Source of the DNA: Candidatus Latescibacterota bacterium
GTDB lineage: Bacteria > Latescibacterota > UBA2968 > GCA-2709665
Direction of reading: 5' to 3'
Assembly: GCA_963662665.2 (NCBI GenBank)
Contig: CAXXJS010000037.1
Span: 1-64,000 of the forward strand
Length of the DNA: 64,000 nt
Below are positions 59,916 through 64,000 of the stretch, piece after piece. The notes beneath the pieces are model-generated. The model was not told where the DNA came from, did not search any database, and worked only from the letters and a program-made list of their open reading frames with translations. The position numbers and the translations under genes were made by a program. Within the stretch, counting starts at the first letter, position 1. Each line of letters begins with the position of its first letter.

Positions 59916-61220
59916 ATGAACAAAGACTCACTCACGATTACGGATAACCGCACCGGCAACACTTACCATGTTCCGATTCTGTACGGAACGTACCCTGAAT
60001 ACGGCGCCGCCGTTCGGACGGCCGACTTGAAGGAGATCAAGGTTTCCGAAGACGATTTCGGGTTGCTCGGATACGATCCATCGTATCTGAATACCGGCTC
60101 CTGCCAGAGTTCAGTGACATTTATCGACGGTGAGAAGGGAATCCTCAGGTACCGAGGATATCCGATCGAGCAACTCGCTGAGCACAGCACCTATCTGGAG
60201 ACCTCGTATCTGCTGTTATATGGAGAGTTGCCCGGACAGGCGGAACTGGATGCCTGGAACGAGTCGGTGATGACGTACGTGAGGACCGAACCGAAGTTGA
60301 ACGAATTGGTGAACGGTTTCCGCAAGGGTTCCCACGCAATGGGTATGATGGTGGGCGCGTTGGGATCTTTGTCCACGTTCTACGAAAACGCGAGAGAAAT
60401 CGGTTCCGAAGAAGCTCAGGAACAGCACATCCGCCGGTTGATCGGAATGGCTTTAATGGCGGCGGCAGCGGTGTACCGCCGAAGCCAGGGGCTGGATTTT
60501 GTGGAACCCGATCCGTCATTGGGGTTTTGCGGCAACTATTTGAAAATGCTGTTTGGCGGAACGACCGCATATACGCCCGATCCGGCGCTGGAACGGGCGC
60601 TCGAAGTCCTTTTGATTCTGCACGCCGACCATGAACAGAATTGCAGCGCCAGCACGATGCGCGGCGTTGGCAGCAGCGGGGCAGACCCCTATTCAGCCGC
60701 CGCCGGGGCCGCCGCCGCACTGTACGGACCGGCGCACGGGGGCGCAAATGAAGCCGTGCTGAAGATGCTGAACGAGATCGGGTCAGTTGACAATATCCCG
60801 TCCTACATCGAGCGGGTCTATAACAGGGAAGTACTCCTGCAGGGCTTTGGGCACAGGGTATACAAGAACTACGATCCCAGAGCAGCGATCATCAAGAAGA
60901 CCGCCGAGGAGGTGTTCGAAGTTACCGGAAAGAATCCGCTCATCGACATCGCGGTGGAACTTGAGCGCATCGCGCTCGAAGAAGAATTTTTCGTATCTCG
61001 CAGACTCTATCCGAACGTCGATTTCTATTCGGGCATTATCTACCAGGCGATGGGCCTTCCAACGGACATGATGACGGTAATGTTCGCGGTGGGCAGAATG
61101 CCTGGCTGGCTGGCGCAATGGAAAGAGTTGATGCACGATTCGGAGCAACGCATCGCGCGTCCGCGGCAGATCTACATAGGTGAAGACATCCGGGACTATA
61201 CGCCGATGGGAGAGAGGTAG
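59916..61220 (+). CDS. gltA: Citrate synthase
   Basis: DGEKGILRYRGY, LHADHEQNCS, GPAHGGANE, GFGHRVYK, YPNVDFYSG, RPRQIY. Confidence 0.97.
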   Translation: MNKDSLTITDNRTGNTYHVPILYGTYPEYGAAVRTADLKEIKVSEDDFGLLGYDPSYLNTGSCQSSVTFIDGEKGILRYRGYPIEQLAEHSTYLETSYLLLYGELPGQAELDAWNESVMTYVRTEPKLNELVNGFRKGSHAMGMMVGALGSLSTFYENAREIGSEEAQEQHIRRLIGMALMAAAAVYRRSQGLDFVEPDPSLGFCGNYLKMLFGGTTAYTPDPALERALEVLLILHADHEQNCSASTMRGVGSSGADPYSAAAGAAAALYGPAHGGANEAVLKMLNEIGSVDNIPSYIERVYNREVLLQGFGHRVYKNYDPRAAIIKKTAEEVFEVTGKNPLIDIAVELERIALEEEFFVSRRLYPNVDFYSGIIYQAMGLPTDMMTVMFAVGRMPGWLAQWKELMHDSEQRIARPRQIYIGEDIRDYTPMGER

Positions 61221-61250
61221 GAGACGGATCCCAAGCGACAAGGTTCTGAG

Positions 61251-61298
61251 AAGACAAGCGCGCAAAAGCCGCCGGCTTTTGCGCGCTTGTCTTTCTTT
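61251..61298 (+). terminator. Strong (probably bidirectional) terminator after gltA
   Basis: Perfect 20-bp stem AAGACAAGCGCGCAAAAGCC / GGCTTTTGCGCGCTTGTCTT followed by TCTTT. Confidence 0.8.
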
Positions 61299-61343
61299 GG
61301 CTGTTGGCAGGGAAGTTGAGAAGGGTAAGAACCCCTTATATTG

Positions 61344-61634
61344 CTAATTCAATGGATGTGCATCCATGTACTCGCGCACGGCATTCTTGATGACTGTCTG
61401 AATCCCTCCACCGTGTTTCCTGCAGTATTCAAAGGTTTCCCGGTCAATTGGAATCTGCGCCAGCATGTCGGTCTTTTTCCAATCTTCACCGCTCATGAAA
61501 GGTGGCGCGTCCGGGTCGGAAAGCGCGGCCGCGTTCAAGTCAGCTTCCGACAACCCCTTGACCCGACCCCAGTCTGTCCGTGAATCTATTGGCAGGTCAT
61601 CACGGGAATATCTCACGATATTTTCTTCGTTCAT
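61344..61634 (-). CDS. BrnA-family antitoxin
   Basis: TDWGRV..LSEAD...A.SDPDAPP, ID.ET.EY.RK.G.G.QT.I...VREYM; ATG 61634 overlaps the brnT tail. Confidence 0.7.
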   Translation of the reverse strand: MNEENIVRYSRDDLPIDSRTDWGRVKGLSEADLNAAALSDPDAPPFMSGEDWKKTDMLAQIPIDRETFEYCRKHGGGIQTVIKNAVREYMDAHPLN

Positions 61635-61680
61635 TTCGATTGGCTCTCCGTGCGGAAATGATTCGAAGGCGTCTGTTGCG
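61600..61680 (-). pseudogene. 3' remnant of BrnT-family toxin
   Basis: Alternate frame reads RRLRIISARRANRNERRKYREIFP*, the typical BrnT C-terminal motif; 5' part absent. Confidence 0.75.
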
Positions 61681-61844
61681 CCCACGGCGTCCAATGCGCC
61701 GTCGATGACGGTTTCGGCGCCGCCCTCAACGAATCCGAATCTCTTGAGGGAACTGTGAAAGAGAAGGGCATCGCCTTTCCGGAGGCCGAGAGCGGCGAAG
61801 CCTTGAAGGACGTCGTCCTTGTGAATGGAATTCCGGTTTGCCAT
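61681..61844 (-). pseudogene. 5' fragment of AAC(3)-family N-acetyltransferase, fused in frame to brnA
   Basis: LGLRKGDALLFHSSLKRFGFVEGGAETVIDGALDAVG, truncated before the GT.VMP motif. Confidence 0.75.
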
Positions 61845-62043
61845 TGAATTTGGTGGAATCCGATCGACGACCATTGCTTCGCCAGACCTAAAAGAAAAAA
61901 TAAACCGGCGATATTACTTCAAACCGCCGAGGCTGAAAGACACTTATAAGCCTTCACGAACTACAGAATACAGAAACTTTCTGTCTGATCAGCCTCCGGC
62001 GTGAATTGTTGGCGGGTCATATCAATGAATATGAGATTTCAAA

Positions 62044-62259
62044 TCAGAGCTTGGACTGTATGCGCACTTTCTTGATCTCATTGACGATCTCGTCCAATGT
62101 CATATCCTCGAAGATCCGCTCCCGCTCCTGGGTATAATCTCCGTAACCCATCGTAAATTGATTGATGAAACGTATCGTGTTCGCGATACCGATCTCTTTG
62201 GAAAGCACTTCGAGGGCTTCTTTGGTTATTTCGCTTAAAGCTTTCTCCTGAACTGTCAT
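62044..62259 (-). CDS. Small putative antitoxin partner of the PIN protein
   Basis: 71 aa; RFI.Q...GYGDYT.ER motif; ATGA overlap with the PIN gene. Confidence 0.65.
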   Translation of the reverse strand: MTVQEKALSEITKEALEVLSKEIGIANTIRFINQFTMGYGDYTQERERIFEDMTLDEIVNEIKKVRIQSKL

Positions 62260-62696
62260 TCGCTAATCTCCGAAATGAGTTCGGTGGGTGAAACTATCCG
62301 CACTCGAAGACTTCCCAATGCCTCCGATCGGCTCAGAATTCTATCATCACAAGTACAAAAATAATCAGTTCCTGCTACTTCTGCGCTTGCCAAATGCAAT
62401 GCATCCATTGGTTTGAAACCTGATTCAACCAGGTCGCGTGATCTGTCCTCAACCCGGTCGTTTATTTCAACCGAAATTGACGCCTTTGACATTACTCTGA
62501 ATGCAAACAACCTTCGAAGAATATTTGGATTTCTAAATGCCTCGTAAAGAAGCGTTTCAGATCCTACCAGTTCAAGTTCGCCCGATTCACAAAGGCCGAT
62601 CAATCCCAATACCGCCTCCGATTCAATAGTTATACGAATCTGAGTCTTACTGTCCAGGGGACGTTGCAAGCTACAATTATCAAGATATATCTTCAT
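62256..62696 (-). CDS. PIN-domain (VapC-like) ribonuclease
   Basis: KIYLD.C...RP.D, E, DALHLASA, F.TCDD. Confidence 0.85.
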   Translation of the reverse strand: MKIYLDNCSLQRPLDSKTQIRITIESEAVLGLIGLCESGELELVGSETLLYEAFRNPNILRRLFAFRVMSKASISVEINDRVEDRSRDLVESGFKPMDALHLASAEVAGTDYFCTCDDRILSRSEALGSLRVRIVSPTELISEISE

Positions 62697-62827
62697 AGTT
62701 TACAATATCATATCGGATATAACCGGGTCTTCTCCACCAAAAATACCGCTAACAAGGTCAATAATCAAGGCAAAACATCCAACAAAGCAGGAGCGGAGAG
62801 AAAATGATGATCTTGCAGCGTGCCTTA

Positions 62828-62989
62828 GCAGTCCGTTGAAAAAGTCGCTCTGCAGGCGAGGCCGAGTCATTGTGGCCGAAGACAAGGCGCGCGACCGCGT
62901 CGAATCGGGGGATTCGGGGAGGGAGCGCAACGCAGTCATTCGGCCACAAGGGCCGGACGCAGCCCGGATGGACTTTTCCAACGGGCTGT
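62828..62989. mobile_element. MITE family B copy 2 (inverted)
   Basis: Reverse complement of 39258-39417; TA flanks at 62826-62827 and 62990-62991. Confidence 0.88.
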
Positions 62990-63152
62990 TAGATCTTCAA
63001 GAGTGTCAGGTACACGTTTCCCGGTTCCCCCGACATGCGCTCACGGCCCTTCAGTTCTACGAAATCCTTTCAATAGACAACTTTCTTCTCCGTGCGACAG
63101 TACTTGTCAGCGGCTTTCGCTTTTTGGGTGCCGCTGTCGAAATCGTCGTTCG

Positions 63153-63998
63153 TCAACCCTTCGATTCCGCCAAATAGCCGGCAACCTTGTCTTGTCCTGC
63201 AAAACGCGCCCAGTCTTCTGCGGTGCCATCGTATCGATGGTCTCTTATAGTCACGTCGATTCCTTTGTCAACGAGATATACAACCTGTTCCATGCGGCCG
63301 GCGAAGGCGCACTCGTGCAGGACGCTGGCCGGTTCGTGGGTACTCCATCTCGTGTTGATATCGGCGCCGTGATCCAGGAGATAATCCGCTATTCGGAAAT
63401 TGCCGTTCCGGACGGCCCAGGCAAGCGCACGATCGACGACCTCCTGAATGGTTGTCAGAGATGATTGCCCCGGCTGAGAGAGGTACACGGATGGATCGTC
63501 CAACCGCGGATAGCCGTTGGCGAACCTCTTTGCGATCGCTTCCAGGTCGCCCAGACCGGCAGCATGGGGGAGATCGTCCGGCACCTGCCAGACCTGCGAC
63601 AGTGCCGGAACGTAGTCGGCATGCCCGTATTCGAGAGCATACGAGATAGCGCAAGACGACGGCGGTTCAGCCGCGGATGCAATGGCAGCGCCACTGCCGA
63701 TCACGACCTCGATCACCGGCAGCGTTCCCTCGGAGTAGGCAGCGACCTCAAGCAGCCTTTTCTGGGTATCGAGATAACGAGGGCCCAGGAAAAAGGGTTC
63801 GGCAGATAGCAGATCACCGATGGCCTCTGCGTCGCCCTCGTCCAGTGCGGCGAGCAGGCGCAACTCCACGGCCCGGCTCCAGATCAGACCGTGGGCGTCG
63901 CCTGCCTCCCGGTAGGAGCGAACGCGCCTTCTGGACTCGGGCTGTTTCTCCAGCAGGAAATCGATGAACGCTGCTTCCCCCTGCCAGGCCTCGACGCG
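63153..63998 (-). CDS. Ankyrin repeat protein, 5' end outside the window
   Basis: Frame open to the window edge; ALAWAVRNG..IADYLLDHGADIN, SVLHECAFAG, YDGTAEDWA. Confidence 0.8.
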   Translation of the reverse strand, partial: RVEAWQGEAAFIDFLLEKQPESRRRVRSYREAGDAHGLIWSRAVELRLLAALDEGDAEAIGDLLSAEPFFLGPRYLDTQKRLLEVAAYSEGTLPVIEVVIGSGAAIASAAEPPSSCAISYALEYGHADYVPALSQVWQVPDDLPHAAGLGDLEAIAKRFANGYPRLDDPSVYLSQPGQSSLTTIQEVVDRALAWAVRNGNFRIADYLLDHGADINTRWSTHEPASVLHECAFAGRMEQVVYLVDKGIDVTIRDHRYDGTAEDWARFAGQDKVAGYLAESKG

Positions 63999-64000
63999 GA

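Noticed and set aside
61681-61844. Aminoglycoside resistance gene
   Set aside because: Only about 55 N-terminal codons remain; the catalytic region is missing
62700-63177. Small ORFs sharing peptides with ORFs near 39.3 kb
   Set aside because: Translations of the repeated MITE B, not genes

Overview
A gene-dense, GC-rich bacterial chromosome segment with no rRNA, tRNA or CRISPR seen. It has PorV and T9SS-type C-terminal domains, cohesin/dockerin-like modules, PhyH dioxygenases, a DUF6785-type transporter and ankyrin/LRR/TPR/HEAT proteins. These suggest, by inference only, an FCB-superphylum organism such as a Latescibacterota-like host-associated bacterium. Housekeeping genes (fmt, yajC, tgt, proS, polA, gltA, eda, kdgK) are interleaved with carbohydrate-catabolic genes and an accessory, repeat-protein-rich region at 45-64 kb. 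The main observations are: (1) a 756-nt group II intron with its ORF deleted (6148-6903), inserted in the terminal repeat of a ~190-bp MITE between tgt and yajC, with its boundaries supported by an empty MITE copy at 20106-20295 and by a perfect EBS1/IBS1 match; (2) a translationally coupled pair of STAND-like P-loop NTPases, the second with wHTH and TPRs, behind a promoter with tandem operators, which is a candidate conflict or defence system; (3) a possible non-cellulosomal cohesin-dockerin surface display system carrying Cache sensor and plant-like LRR domains; (4) a second MITE family (160 bp, two copies) and a dispersed 26-nt intergenic repeat; (5) a deletion chimera fusing an AAC(3)-family 5' fragment to a decapitated BrnT/BrnA toxin-antitoxin locus. 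All family assignments were made by eye from motifs; no searches were run.
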